IMG/VR virus record: IMGVR_UViG_3300025635_000011
Location: 1-36,995 of that record
Reading direction: 5' to 3' (one strand)
DNA from: a virus
Taxonomy: Duplodnaviria; Caudoviricetes
Length of the DNA stretch: 36,995 nucleotides
Below, one piece after another: positions 23,507 to 33,652 of this stretch (the stretch's first letter is position 1; the number at the start of each line of letters is the position of its first letter). The position numbers and the translations under genes are program-made. The notes beneath the pieces are model-generated. The model was given only the letters and a program-made list of their open reading frames with translations. It had not been told where the DNA came from and made no database searches.

Positions 23507-24784
23507 ATGGCTTCTACTATCGTAACTAAAAACTCCAGCACTGCTGCCGCAGTTCCTCTCACTGGAGACTTGACTCAAGGCGAGTTGGCGGTTAACGTCA
23601 CTGACAAGCGACTGTTTACTAAAAACAGCGGTGGAACTGTTGTTGAGTTGGGAATTAACCCTACTGAATTGACAGTTAAAACCACTCTGAAGCTGTCAGG
23701 ATCAAGTTCTGGTTATGTGGCTTTGCAAGGGGCTGCTGCTGCCGGTTCTACAACCTACACGCTTCCCTCTGCTGACGGTACTAGCGGTCAAGCATTGACC
23801 ACTAATGGAACGGGTACGCTTTCTTGGGCCACGATTTCAACGGCTGCGGCAACGCCAACTGTTTTGGGTACTGTCTACGGAAAGATGACTGCTTCTGGCG
23901 CATCTCCATACTTGACTGCTCTTGGGTATAACGCCGGTGTAAGTACAACTGGAGCAAGTGTTACCGCTGTTGGTACTCAAGCACTTTATTCCAATACGAC
24001 TGCCGCTAACAATACGGCAGTTGGTTATCAGGCTGCTTTTTCGGAAACTAATGGTAACTACAACACTGCCGTTGGAACACAGGCTCTTTATTCACAAAAT
24101 GGTGTTGTTCAAAACGTAGCTGTTGGATACCAAGCTGGATATAGTCAGTCTACCGGAACGGGAACTGAAGGAAACTCGGTATTTGTTGGATATAAAGCTG
24201 GATTCGGAGTTACCACAGGTTATCGTATCGTAGCAATTGGTGCAGCTGCTGGATACTCAGGGACTGCGTTAACAACCGGAAATTCATGTACTTATGTCGG
24301 TTATGGCGCTCAAGCATCAGGAGCAGCTGTAAGCGGAGAATTGGTCTTATGTACTGTTAGTGCCGTTGGAAAAGGAACCAATACAGGTTTTATTTCTGCC
24401 AATGGTAGCGGTATTTACCAAGGAGGAAATTCTTCTACATGGTTGACCACTTCTGATCGCCGTTTGAAAAAGAACATTGTTGATAACAATGTTGGTCTTG
24501 AAAAATTGTTGCAAATTCAGGTGCGTAATTTTGAATATCGTTTACCTGAAGAAGTTGATCCTGAACTCAAACCAACAGATGCTGTTGAGAAAAAAGGAAT
24601 GCAACTTGGAGTTATTGCTCAAGAATTTCAACAGGTTTTGCCTGATTGCGTAAGACAAGAAAGCACAGGTGTTTTGGCTGTTGATGTTGATAATCTAACG
24701 TGGTACACCATTAATGCCATCAAGGAATTGAAGGCTGAATTAGACGCAGCTAAAGCTGAGATTGCACTTTTGAAAGGAAACTGA
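23507..24784 (+). CDS. Tail fibre/receptor-binding protein with C-terminal intramolecular chaperone (peptidase S74-like)
   Basis: N-terminal GELAVNVTDKRLFTK; NTAVGYQA repeats; SDRRLKKNI cleavage motif; GVIAQE; terminal coiled coil. Confidence 0.88.
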   Translation: MASTIVTKNSSTAAAVPLTGDLTQGELAVNVTDKRLFTKNSGGTVVELGINPTELTVKTTLKLSGSSSGYVALQGAAAAGSTTYTLPSADGTSGQALTTNGTGTLSWATISTAAATPTVLGTVYGKMTASGASPYLTALGYNAGVSTTGASVTAVGTQALYSNTTAANNTAVGYQAAFSETNGNYNTAVGTQALYSQNGVVQNVAVGYQAGYSQSTGTGTEGNSVFVGYKAGFGVTTGYRIVAIGAAAGYSGTALTTGNSCTYVGYGAQASGAAVSGELVLCTVSAVGKGTNTGFISANGSGIYQGGNSSTWLTTSDRRLKKNIVDNNVGLEKLLQIQVRNFEYRLPEEVDPELKPTDAVEKKGMQLGVIAQEFQQVLPDCVRQESTGVLAVDVDNLTWYTINAIKELKAELDAAKAEIALLKGN

Positions 24785-24785
24785 A

Positions 24786-25112
24786 ATGGCAACGACTTAC
24801 ACATGGACTGTTAATCAAATGTTTACGGTTCAACAGCCTGATCCAAACTATGTGGTAAATGTTTTGTGGACTTTGACGGGAGTTGACGGTCAATATTTTG
24901 CTTCAATCCAAGGAAGTTCACAGTTTAACAGCAATCAGTCAAGCACATTCATTCCTTACAACCAATTGACGCAAGACATTGTGATTGGTTGGGTTCAAAA
25001 CCAACTTGGGCCGCAGGGAATTGCTAACTTTGAAGCCAACGTGCAGGGACAGATCAACAGCATGATTACCCCGCCTGTTAGCCCTCAAAATAGTCCTCTT
25101 CCTTGGGCTTAA
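24786..25112 (+). CDS. Hypothetical tail-fibre-associated protein
   Basis: TTYTWTV...FIPYNQLT...GWV...PLPW pattern; follows the fibre gene. Confidence 0.75.
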   Translation: MATTYTWTVNQMFTVQQPDPNYVVNVLWTLTGVDGQYFASIQGSSQFNSNQSSTFIPYNQLTQDIVIGWVQNQLGPQGIANFEANVQGQINSMITPPVSPQNSPLPWA

Positions 25113-25113
25113 C

Positions 25114-25142
25114 TAGACATTTTGTGTATTTTATGGTATGCT
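25114..25142 (+). promoter_or_regulatory. Sigma70 promoter
   Basis: TAGACA-N17-TATGCT with extended -10 TG. Confidence 0.65.
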
Positions 25143-25168
25143 CTTTGTTTTAACTTAAAGGAGTTTCC

Positions 25169-25327
25169 ATGAACATTACACTCAATCTGGATATTAATGA
25201 AGTTCAAGGTATTTTGAAGGTTTTGGGAGATCTTCCCACTAGCTCAGGTGCTTATCCTCTGGCAATGAAGATCAAAGAACAAACTGAAGCACAGCTTCCT
25301 AAAGAAGAAAAACCAAAAGAGGAATAA
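25169..25327 (+). CDS. Hypothetical 52-aa protein (not in the ORF track)
   Basis: AAAGGAG SD; MNITLNLDINEVQGILKVLGDLP...KIKEQTEAQL. Confidence 0.8.
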   Translation: MNITLNLDINEVQGILKVLGDLPTSSGAYPLAMKIKEQTEAQLPKEEKPKEE

Positions 25328-25552
25328 ATGGACGAAGTTAGCCACAAAGAGATCTACGATAGGCTGGTTCAGGTTGAACAGAAAGTAGACACCATTGATG
25401 CAAATACCAAGAGTATGGTAAGCGCCTTCAATGCTGCCTCCGGTGCTTTTGCTGTACTTGAGTGGCTGGCTAAGGCTGTTAAACCTATTCTCATCGTTGG
25501 AGCCTTCTTTGGGGCTATTTACGCAGCAATCTCACACAAGGTGTCCCCATGA
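25328..25552 (+). CDS. Small coiled-coil plus C-terminal membrane protein (holin/antiholin-like)
   Basis: RLVQVEQKVD coiled coil followed by a hydrophobic helix. Confidence 0.6.
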   Translation: MDEVSHKEIYDRLVQVEQKVDTIDANTKSMVSAFNAASGAFAVLEWLAKAVKPILIVGAFFGAIYAAISHKVSP

Positions 25553-25959
25553 AAGAAGGACTTTTACAAGGTAAAGTCTGTCCTGTAGCAACTCAGGATA
25601 TTGCTGTAAACCTTAAAAACCGTAATAACGCTTTCAAGAAGTTTGGTTATGGTCCTCCCGATCCTTCGTTGCCTAACGAAGTGTTCTGGATGAAGAAAGC
25701 CAAGATGTATAACGCTCAGTCAAAAGACGTTAAAAAGATGCGTTGTGGTAACTGTGCTGCTTTTATTCAAACCCCTGCGATGCTTGAGTGTATTAAGTCA
25801 GGTATTGAGAGCAACATGGAGAATCCCAAAGAGCTGGCTTATGAAGACCAGTTTATGGAAGCAGCTAATCTTGGATTCTGCGAATTGTTTCATTTCCTCT
25901 GTGCTGGTTCCCGCACCTGTGATGCGTGGAAAGCTGGCGGTCCAATCACCAAGGAGTAA
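25549..25959 (+). CDS. Cys-rich conserved hypothetical protein
   Basis: CPVATQD, CGNCAAF, GFC...C...RTCDAW. Confidence 0.75.
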   Translation: MKEGLLQGKVCPVATQDIAVNLKNRNNAFKKFGYGPPDPSLPNEVFWMKKAKMYNAQSKDVKKMRCGNCAAFIQTPAMLECIKSGIESNMENPKELAYEDQFMEAANLGFCELFHFLCAGSRTCDAWKAGGPITKE

Positions 25960-25961
25960 TT

Positions 25962-26135
25962 ATGGCTACTAAAATGTCTAAAGGTCAAAAGAAAATCGGT
26001 AAAGTTATGCACGAATACAAGGCTGGTGAACTCCATAGTGGTAGTAAATCTGGTCCTATGGTGAAATCCCGTCGTCAGGCTGTTGCAATCGCCCTTTCTG
26101 AGGCAGGTCTTTCTAAAGGTAAGAAGAAGAAATGA
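25962..26135 (+). CDS. Small basic protein (DUF6496-like)
   Basis: KVMHEYKAGELHSG...VKSRRQAVAIALSEA; AAGGAG SD. Confidence 0.75.
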   Translation: MATKMSKGQKKIGKVMHEYKAGELHSGSKSGPMVKSRRQAVAIALSEAGLSKGKKKK

Positions 26136-26467
26136 GATCAATTACAGCAGGTAATAACCTTACTGCTGCAACCCCTACAGTTATTTATACGGTTCCAACT
26201 GGCTATTATGCTAAGTGGAACCTTCTGTATGCTCTAAACGGTACTGGTTCTTCAAAGCATTTGACTGTTACATGGCGTGATGCAAGCGCAAGTGCTGATA
26301 TTAACATTCTATACCAATATGTTGTCAGTTCTAAAGACTTCTTTAAACTTGACGGAGGTGCATATATGGTACTTGAAGAAGGTGATTATATAACTGTAAC
26401 TTCTGAAGCTGGAAGCACTTATACCACCATTGCTACGTTTGAGCAGATTAAGAAAGAAGGAATTTAA
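26132..26467 (+). CDS. Hypothetical virion protein
   Basis: IYTVP...LEEGD beta-rich pattern; structural context. Confidence 0.7.
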   Translation: MRSITAGNNLTAATPTVIYTVPTGYYAKWNLLYALNGTGSSKHLTVTWRDASASADINILYQYVVSSKDFFKLDGGAYMVLEEGDYITVTSEAGSTYTTIATFEQIKKEGI

Positions 26468-27118
26468 ATGTCCACGTACCTTGATTTGGTTAACAATGTG
26501 CTTACACGGCTACGTGAACCTACGGTTACGTCTGTGCAAGACACTACCTATTCTAAGTTGATTGGTGTCTATATCAATGATGCCAAAAGAGAAGTAGAGG
26601 ATGCTTACGACTGGAACTCTCTAACGGATACTTTGACAGCAACAACGACTGATAGTCTTTTTAACTATGTTTTAACTGGATCAGGTACACGCTTTAGGGT
26701 TATTGACGTTTTAAATGATACCAATAACTTTCAGATGAAGTATGCAGCTACGACCTGGATGGATAGACAGTTCTTGTTGGTTGATACTGGTCATGCTGCT
26801 CCTAGTTATTACAACTTTAACGGTGTGGACTCCAATGGAGACACCCAGGTTGATGTCTTCCCTATCCCTGACGGTGTTTATACCCTACGTTTTAACTTGA
26901 TTATTCCTCAAGCAGATCTCGTTAATGACACAGATCGTATCTTGGTTGCTAGTCATTTGGTAAGTATGCTGGCCTACGCTAAAGCTATTGCAGAGCGTGG
27001 TGAAGATTCAGGTATTCTTTCGTCAGAAGCCTATCAAATGTACAGACTTGCTCTGGCTGATGCTGTGGCTATTGAACGTAACCGCTATCTTGAAGAAGTT
27101 GTCTGGGTGAATCCGTAA
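26468..27118 (+). CDS. Head-tail adaptor / tail tubular protein A-like
   Basis: TYLDLVNNVLTRLRE N-terminus; FPIPD; size and synteny. Confidence 0.75.
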   Translation: MSTYLDLVNNVLTRLREPTVTSVQDTTYSKLIGVYINDAKREVEDAYDWNSLTDTLTATTTDSLFNYVLTGSGTRFRVIDVLNDTNNFQMKYAATTWMDRQFLLVDTGHAAPSYYNFNGVDSNGDTQVDVFPIPDGVYTLRFNLIIPQADLVNDTDRILVASHLVSMLAYAKAIAERGEDSGILSSEAYQMYRLALADAVAIERNRYLEEVVWVNP

Positions 27119-28656
27119 TGGCTGAGAATTTACTTACCTCCAGTATTGCTGCCCCCGGCTTCATGGGGGTAAATACTCAAGATTCCTCAGTGTCTCTTGA
27201 GTCTGGATATGCCACCGTTGCATCCAACTGTATCATTGATAAGTTTGGTCGTATCGGTGCTCGTAAGGGTTGGCTTCCTAAGCATTCATCTAATGCTGAC
27301 TTAGGCTCCGCAGATATTAAGGCGATTGGCGAATTAATCGCCGCAGATGGTACATCGTATATCATTGCAGCTGGAAATAACAAGATATTTAAACTGAATG
27401 GATCAACACTTACCAAACTTACCTATGGTGGTGGCGGGGTTGCTCCTACGATTTCAAATGATAAGTGGCAGATGGCTCCTTTGAATGGAGTCTTGTTCCT
27501 GTATCAATCAGGACATGACCCGCTGGTGTTTGATCCTACGGTGTCTACAACGACTTTTAGGCGTGTTTCTGAGAAGACGGGCTACCTGGGTACGGTACAG
27601 CAGGCTAACTGCGTTGTAAGCGCCTATGGACGCACCTGGAGTGCTAATACAGCCACAGATAAGAATACGGTTCAGTTCTCTGACCTGCTTTCAGGCCATG
27701 TATTGAATACAGGTTCCTCTGGTTCACTGAATGTGGCTCAAGTGTGGCCTTCCGGTGCTGATGAGATTCAAGGACTGGCTGCCCATAACAATTATTTGTA
27801 TATCTTTGGTCGTAGACAGATTCTAATCTATCAGGGCGCAAATGATCCAACTAATATGTCTTTGGCTGATACTGTTAGCGGTATCGGTTGCTGTTCTCGT
27901 GACTCTATTAAAGTTACTGGAGATGATATTATATTCTTGAGTGACTCTGGTGTTAGGTCGATGAAGCGAGTGGTACAAGAAAGATCTGCACCCTTGCGTG
28001 ATATGAGCATGAACGTGCGTGATGATCTGGTCAAGGCACTGGCTTCAGAAGATTTGTCAGATATTAAAGCTGTCTATTCTGATAGTAACGCTTTTTACTT
28101 GCTTGTTCTGCCTGTTAACCATATCTCCTACTGCTTTGATATGAGAACAACTCTGCAAAACGGAGCAGCAAGAACGACTACTTGGACTTTAGCTCCTTCT
28201 GCTTTGTTTGCTAACCGTGCTAAAGAACTTCTGATCGGTACTGCTGGTTATGTAGGATCATACACAGGTAACCTGGATAATACTTCTACGTATCCTATGA
28301 GTTATTACACCAACTATTTTGATCTAGGTTCTCCTACTGCAATTAAAGTATTGAAGAAGATTAGTTTTTCTATGGTTGGAGGTAGCGGGGCTGCTGTTGT
28401 GCTTAAGTATGGTTTTGACTATAGCAACAACTACAGCTCAGAGTTCCTGCAACTGGGATCTTACACGATTGCTGAATATGGTATTGCTCAGTACAACATT
28501 GATGAGTATAGCGTTGGTGTTGTGTTTGACAACAAGAAAGTTCAGGTCGGAGGAGCCGGTAACGTGATTCAGTTAGGTGTTGAAACTAACATTAATAACT
28601 TTGATCTTTCAATTCAAAAACTAGACATATTCTGTAAAGCAGGAAGGACTCGATAA
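27118..28656 (+). CDS. Tail hub / tubular protein B-like (P22 gp10-like)
   Basis: 512-aa beta-rich protein after the adaptor; GIGC...DIIFLSDSGVRS. Confidence 0.72.
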   Translation: MAENLLTSSIAAPGFMGVNTQDSSVSLESGYATVASNCIIDKFGRIGARKGWLPKHSSNADLGSADIKAIGELIAADGTSYIIAAGNNKIFKLNGSTLTKLTYGGGGVAPTISNDKWQMAPLNGVLFLYQSGHDPLVFDPTVSTTTFRRVSEKTGYLGTVQQANCVVSAYGRTWSANTATDKNTVQFSDLLSGHVLNTGSSGSLNVAQVWPSGADEIQGLAAHNNYLYIFGRRQILIYQGANDPTNMSLADTVSGIGCCSRDSIKVTGDDIIFLSDSGVRSMKRVVQERSAPLRDMSMNVRDDLVKALASEDLSDIKAVYSDSNAFYLLVLPVNHISYCFDMRTTLQNGAARTTTWTLAPSALFANRAKELLIGTAGYVGSYTGNLDNTSTYPMSYYTNYFDLGSPTAIKVLKKISFSMVGGSGAAVVLKYGFDYSNNYSSEFLQLGSYTIAEYGIAQYNIDEYSVGVVFDNKKVQVGGAGNVIQLGVETNINNFDLSIQKLDIFCKAGRTR

Positions 28657-28886
28657 TGAGTAACTATGTAAAGAGTACAAACTTTGCTGCAAAAGACAGC
28701 CTTGCATCAGGGAATCCTGCAAAGCTTGTTAAAGGCACTGAGCTTAATACTGAGTTTGACAATATCGCATCAGCAGTGTCTTCTAAAGCTGACGCATCCA
28801 ATTCAACACTAACAGGAAGTGCTACGGCTGTTAATCTTACAGTTTCTGGAACATTTACTGCCACCGTAGACGGAGGGACTTACTAA
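28656..28886 (+). CDS. Short tail-associated protein
   Basis: GTELNTEFDNIASAV anchor-like motif; C-terminal VDGGTY. Confidence 0.7.
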   Translation: MSNYVKSTNFAAKDSLASGNPAKLVKGTELNTEFDNIASAVSSKADASNSTLTGSATAVNLTVSGTFTATVDGGTY

Positions 28887-29953
28887 TGGCTACTACTACG
28901 ACTGACACCAGTGGTCTTCTTAGCGGAGGCATTAATGCCCTCGGTACGTATCTGGCTGCTCAATATGGTGCTAACCAGCAGAATGCACTAGCTAACCAGC
29001 TTCTGGCTTCTGGTCAGCAGGCTGCTCAAGCGGCTCAATTCCGTCCTGTAGGTGTTACCTCTCGTTTTGGTACGAGCGGGTTCACTTACGACGATCAAGG
29101 CAGGCTAGTAGGAGCCGGTTATCAGGTTGCTCCTGATGTAGCTGCCATGCGTGAGCGCCTGATGGGTCAAGCAGGTGCAAATCTAGCCCAAGCAGGCGGT
29201 GCAGCTCAGCAGATTGCCCCTGTTGGAGCAGCAGCTCAGGGTTTGTTTAATCTAGGTCAAGGATACCTTGCAGAGTCTCCGCAAGCGGCTGCTCAGCGAG
29301 TTATGCAACAACAGCAGGCTTTATTGCAACCTGGTCGTGAACAGCAACTAGCGCAACTAACCAATCAACAATTCCAACAGGGTCGTCTTGGTTTGGGTGT
29401 TGGTGGAACCTCTGGTGCAGGCGGTAGCGTGGCTATGGGCGCTACTAACCCGCAGATGCAGGCTTACTACAATGCCCTGGCCCAGCAAGACGCTCAGTTG
29501 GCTGCTCAGGCAATGCAACAAGGTCAACAACAGACCACCTTCGGTGCTGGTTTGTTCTCCACTGGTGCTAACCTACTGGGTCAAGTTCCTGCTTATCAAG
29601 TGGCTGCTTTGGCTCCGTATACCCAGTATATGGCAGGGGCGGCACAAGCTGAAGCCTTGGGTCAGAATCCGTTTGATGTTGCAACGGCTCTGGGTGCTAA
29701 ACAATCCAGCGCAGGCGCTAATGTGGCACAGATCCTAAATCAAGCCGCTCAAAACGCTAATATTCGTCAACAACAAGGTGCTACGATGCAACAACAAGCC
29801 CTCAGTGGAGGTATTGCTGGCTTGTCTGATCCTGTGGCTAAGTTGATTGGCTCCTTGACGGGTCTTAGTTCCTTGAGTCCTCTTGCTCAACAAGGTTATA
29901 ATCAAGCAGTTGATTATGCTACGACTGCCGATCAAGGCTGGCTCGACTTTTAA
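28886..29953 (+). CDS. Putative DNA ejection/internal virion protein
   Basis: G/A/Q-rich helical composition; position after the tail genes. Confidence 0.65.
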   Translation: MATTTTDTSGLLSGGINALGTYLAAQYGANQQNALANQLLASGQQAAQAAQFRPVGVTSRFGTSGFTYDDQGRLVGAGYQVAPDVAAMRERLMGQAGANLAQAGGAAQQIAPVGAAAQGLFNLGQGYLAESPQAAAQRVMQQQQALLQPGREQQLAQLTNQQFQQGRLGLGVGGTSGAGGSVAMGATNPQMQAYYNALAQQDAQLAAQAMQQGQQQTTFGAGLFSTGANLLGQVPAYQVAALAPYTQYMAGAAQAEALGQNPFDVATALGAKQSSAGANVAQILNQAAQNANIRQQQGATMQQQALSGGIAGLSDPVAKLIGSLTGLSSLSPLAQQGYNQAVDYATTADQGWLDF

Positions 29954-29962
29954 GGAGTAACA

Positions 29963-31114
29963 ATGGCTACAGCAGATATTTCTGGACTCTTTGGTGGTAC
30001 GCTAACCCCTGAAGAGCAACAACGACAACTAACTGAGGCTCGTGCAACTCAGTTTGCACAGTTGGCTCCTTCTCAGCAACTTGCTTTTATGGGCTACAAG
30101 GCCGGTGCAGGTCTTGGTCAAGGTCTGGCACAGGCCGCAGGCGTGGATATTCAAGATCCTATGATTAAACGAGCCACCATGATGCGTCAATTGGCTCAAG
30201 GAATTGATGTATCTTCTCCAGAAGGTTTGCAACAATACGCTATTCGTTTACAACAAGCAGGTTTTAACGCTGAAGCCGCTCAACTTGGGCAACAGATATT
30301 AGCAGCTCGTAAAACACAATCCGAGATTACTCGTAATGAGCGTGAACGTAGAGCCGCTGATCCTCTTCAACAACTTATTAGAAGCGGAAAGTATACTACC
30401 GATAGTATTGAAAAATACGATCAATCAGGTAAAATTTCAGATTTGGAACTAGTTAATCCAGAAGATAAAACAGCTTTACAAGAAACTGAAGAAGGTGTTT
30501 TCCTTATTAATAAAAAGACAGGTGAAAAGATTTCACGTGTTGGATCTCCTGTCAAGCGTGGAACAAACGTAAGTGTGGGGCTTTCAACCGTTGATAAAGA
30601 AAGTAATTTGCGTAAAGATTTTACTGGAGAGACAAAAGACATTACACAGGCTGTTTCAACTGCTGGGCGTATTGAAAAACTGCTGAACATGGGTTCTTTG
30701 GGTGAAACGATTGCTCAAAAGCAATTTGCTAAGCTTGCAGGCGATAATAATATTTCTAATCGAGATGTTGAAGCACTAGCTAACTTTGGTGATCTTGGTC
30801 AGCGTTTGGCAGGCACTCTTAGCCGTTTCTTTGAAGGGACATACTCTGAGTCACAACGTCAAGAAGCTCTTAAGCTGGTTAAAGAACTTAAAGCGGCAGG
30901 ATTAAGTCAATATTCTCAAAAACAGTCTCAGTATCGTGATCGTGCTAAGGCTGAGAATCTTCCTGCCGCAACAATTGAGTTTATTGCGCCTAATTTACCG
31001 GCAGAAGTTAAACCAGCCACATCCCTTCCGCCTGAAGGTACTAAACTCAGGAACAAGAAAACTGGTAAAATAGAGATTGTGCGAGGCGGTAAACTCGTTC
31101 CTTTTACGGAGTAA
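29963..31114 (+). CDS. Putative DNA ejection/internal virion protein
   Basis: AAGGAG SD; helical Q-rich N-terminus; synteny. Confidence 0.65.
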   Translation: MATADISGLFGGTLTPEEQQRQLTEARATQFAQLAPSQQLAFMGYKAGAGLGQGLAQAAGVDIQDPMIKRATMMRQLAQGIDVSSPEGLQQYAIRLQQAGFNAEAAQLGQQILAARKTQSEITRNERERRAADPLQQLIRSGKYTTDSIEKYDQSGKISDLELVNPEDKTALQETEEGVFLINKKTGEKISRVGSPVKRGTNVSVGLSTVDKESNLRKDFTGETKDITQAVSTAGRIEKLLNMGSLGETIAQKQFAKLAGDNNISNRDVEALANFGDLGQRLAGTLSRFFEGTYSESQRQEALKLVKELKAAGLSQYSQKQSQYRDRAKAENLPAATIEFIAPNLPAEVKPATSLPPEGTKLRNKKTGKIEIVRGGKLVPFTE

Positions 31115-31117
31115 TTA

Positions 31118-33652
31118 ATGGCTGATCAATACAATCCGGACGATTATGAGGTCGTAGATGAAACTACGCCTATGTCGAATGCAGAAATCCTTCGACAACG
31201 TGCTCTGAGGGGCCTTACAGCTCCTTTGAGTGCTGCTGCCGGTCCTGGAATGGGTTTTGCTCAAGCAGCCACTGGATTTGCTCCGTTGGCTATGGGAACA
31301 CCTGCTGCGGCTCCTACAGCTACTGAAGTAACTGAGGCTGCTAATAAAGCTCGTCAAGCGGCTGGAATGACTACTGGACCTCTTCCTCAGCGTGGTCTGC
31401 TTATGGGTCTTGCTGGAGCTGCACTAGAAGAAGGTCTTAATCCTTACAATTATCTGATTCCTGGCGGAAGTCGATTGACAACTCTGGCTACCCCTGCTGC
31501 CACAGCAGTTTCTGCTGAGCTGGGCGGTGAAGTAGGTAAAAACATCACTGGTGGGGAGGGCGGACGTACTGTAGGTTCATTGGTCGGAGGATTGATTAAC
31601 CCCGCTGTGTTGGCAGAAGCTGGTCTGAATCAGATTACTGCTGCTCGTTCCTTGAATCCTGACAAGATTAATACCCTTGTTAAAGAGTTTGGCGACCAGA
31701 AGGCAGCTTTGATGATTGCCTCTGCCTATACCGCTGATCCTCAGCTCAAGCAGAAGCTCCTACGTGCCGCTGAACTTCAAGCAACCACAGGTATTAATGT
31801 TCCTTTGCTGTCGGCTGCTGACAATAACATTCTGACCCAGACCGCACGGAGTTTGTCTGCTCGTGACCTTGGTTTTCAGGCTAAATACGCTCAACTAGAG
31901 CAAGAAGCTGCTGCTCAGTTGGCTGCTCGTCAAGCTAAAATCTTTGGCTCTGTATCTGAGGCTAAGATGGCTAATGCACTGGGAGCACCTACCAAGGTAA
32001 CCCCCGCTGTTGAATCTAGAATTAAAACAATTAAAGAAGAACTTGAAGATGCTGCGCTTGATTTTGAAAAAGCAGAAAAGTTTCAAGAATTAGGAAATAA
32101 ACTACGTAACGTGGTTACAGCCAAAGAAACCCAGGTTCGTAAAGAACTAGGTAAGAAGTATGAGGCTGTTATTAATAACGCTGAAAGTAACGGTTACAAG
32201 GTTTCTTCTGAGGAAACTGGCGGTCTATATGACTTCGTTAAAGCTCAAGAAAATGCCGATATTTTCAAGACCTTCCCTAAGCTGAACGGTAAGATTAAAT
32301 CAGTGTTCCAACCTCAAGAAACAGGCCCAGGATCGCTTATTAATCCTGACACTGGCCGCCCCTTCTTTGAGGGGGGTAGAGACTTTCCAGAGGCTTCTAT
32401 GCGTGATCTAGATAGCCTTAAACGGGCTGTCAATGAGTCCCTCCGTAACGCTGGGGACACTCAAATGCCTGTTCTGCTAGAACTGAAGTCTAAGATCAAC
32501 GGTATTATTGATAATATGCCTGGAAATCTTGGTGATGCTTATCGAGCTGTGGATCAAGAATTCTATTCTCGTGTTGGTATTCCTTTTGGAGCCAAAACGA
32601 TTCAGGACGTTAAATATAAGGATTTTGTCGAGTCTACCATTCCTGCTATTACAAAGAATAGATCAGCCTTGTCTGAATACCTATCGGTTGTAGGTAAAGA
32701 TAACGGGCTTGATTTAGTACGAGATGCTTTCTTTGCTGATGCTGCTCGTTATGGCGTAGCTAAAGATGGTATTCTTAATCCTAAATTATTAAGCAGATAC
32801 TTAGAACTAAACAAAGATACACTAAATCTTGTTCCTTCCATCCGAGATGAGCTTAAAAACATTAAGGGAGACGGATTAGAGTTTACTGCAACCATTGATA
32901 AGTTAAATAAACTTAAACTGGTTCAAGACACCCAAGATAGTGCCAAGATTTTTGATCGTTTTAGTTCTGGTGGTCTTGATGGTGTTGCTTCTCAATTCTT
33001 GGTAAGTCCTGAATTCCGTAAAACATTTATGTCTCCTGGAGGAGCAGGACGTAACCAACCTGCTATTAATGCCCTTCGTGCAAAGTTAACACAGAGTGTT
33101 ATGGATTCATCCAATCCTTTGGAGTATTTGACACAAAATAAGGAAGCCTACGATCAGTTGTTTGGTAAGAGCTATGGTAAAGCTTTAGGCGACTTGGCTG
33201 AGGTGGCTAATAGTCTCCAGACTAAACTGTTTATTAATACTCCTTTGAAAACCATTCAGCGCACTGGTCTTGAAGAAGCCACTGGCGTATCCCCTGCTGG
33301 TTTGGTATCTGTTATCCGTGATCGTGTGGCAGGAACCACCTACAAGGCTATCAACCTTCTGAGCCGATTCTATGTGAATCAGGTGGATAACACCACCAAA
33401 GAAGAACTAGGACGATTCCTGACTGATCCTGAGGCTGTTCGTAACGTAGCCGCTTCTCTTAAAAAGTTAGATAGTTTGAACCTTAGCGGAGCTTCTTCCA
33501 GGGCGAATAAATTAGCCAAGGATCTTATGGGAGGCATTGCTCATACATTGGTTCGCCGTGGTGTAGTTGTTGGCGGTGTTGCAGGAGAACAGCAAGGTCC
33601 ATCACAACAAGCTCCTGAGTTTAATCTGGAAGATTACGAAGTGGTTCAATGA
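31118..33652 (+). CDS. Large putative DNA ejection/internal virion protein
   Basis: 844-aa helical protein, third of the trio before the lysis genes. Confidence 0.65.
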   Translation: MADQYNPDDYEVVDETTPMSNAEILRQRALRGLTAPLSAAAGPGMGFAQAATGFAPLAMGTPAAAPTATEVTEAANKARQAAGMTTGPLPQRGLLMGLAGAALEEGLNPYNYLIPGGSRLTTLATPAATAVSAELGGEVGKNITGGEGGRTVGSLVGGLINPAVLAEAGLNQITAARSLNPDKINTLVKEFGDQKAALMIASAYTADPQLKQKLLRAAELQATTGINVPLLSAADNNILTQTARSLSARDLGFQAKYAQLEQEAAAQLAARQAKIFGSVSEAKMANALGAPTKVTPAVESRIKTIKEELEDAALDFEKAEKFQELGNKLRNVVTAKETQVRKELGKKYEAVINNAESNGYKVSSEETGGLYDFVKAQENADIFKTFPKLNGKIKSVFQPQETGPGSLINPDTGRPFFEGGRDFPEASMRDLDSLKRAVNESLRNAGDTQMPVLLELKSKINGIIDNMPGNLGDAYRAVDQEFYSRVGIPFGAKTIQDVKYKDFVESTIPAITKNRSALSEYLSVVGKDNGLDLVRDAFFADAARYGVAKDGILNPKLLSRYLELNKDTLNLVPSIRDELKNIKGDGLEFTATIDKLNKLKLVQDTQDSAKIFDRFSSGGLDGVASQFLVSPEFRKTFMSPGGAGRNQPAINALRAKLTQSVMDSSNPLEYLTQNKEAYDQLFGKSYGKALGDLAEVANSLQTKLFINTPLKTIQRTGLEEATGVSPAGLVSVIRDRVAGTTYKAINLLSRFYVNQVDNTTKEELGRFLTDPEAVRNVAASLKKLDSLNLSGASSRANKLAKDLMGGIAHTLVRRGVVVGGVAGEQQGPSQQAPEFNLEDYEVVQ

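Noticed and set aside
23507-24784. Diversity-generating retroelement target, suggested by the Mtd-like N-terminus
   Set aside because: No reverse transcriptase and no template/variable repeat pair seen; the C-terminus is an S74-like chaperone
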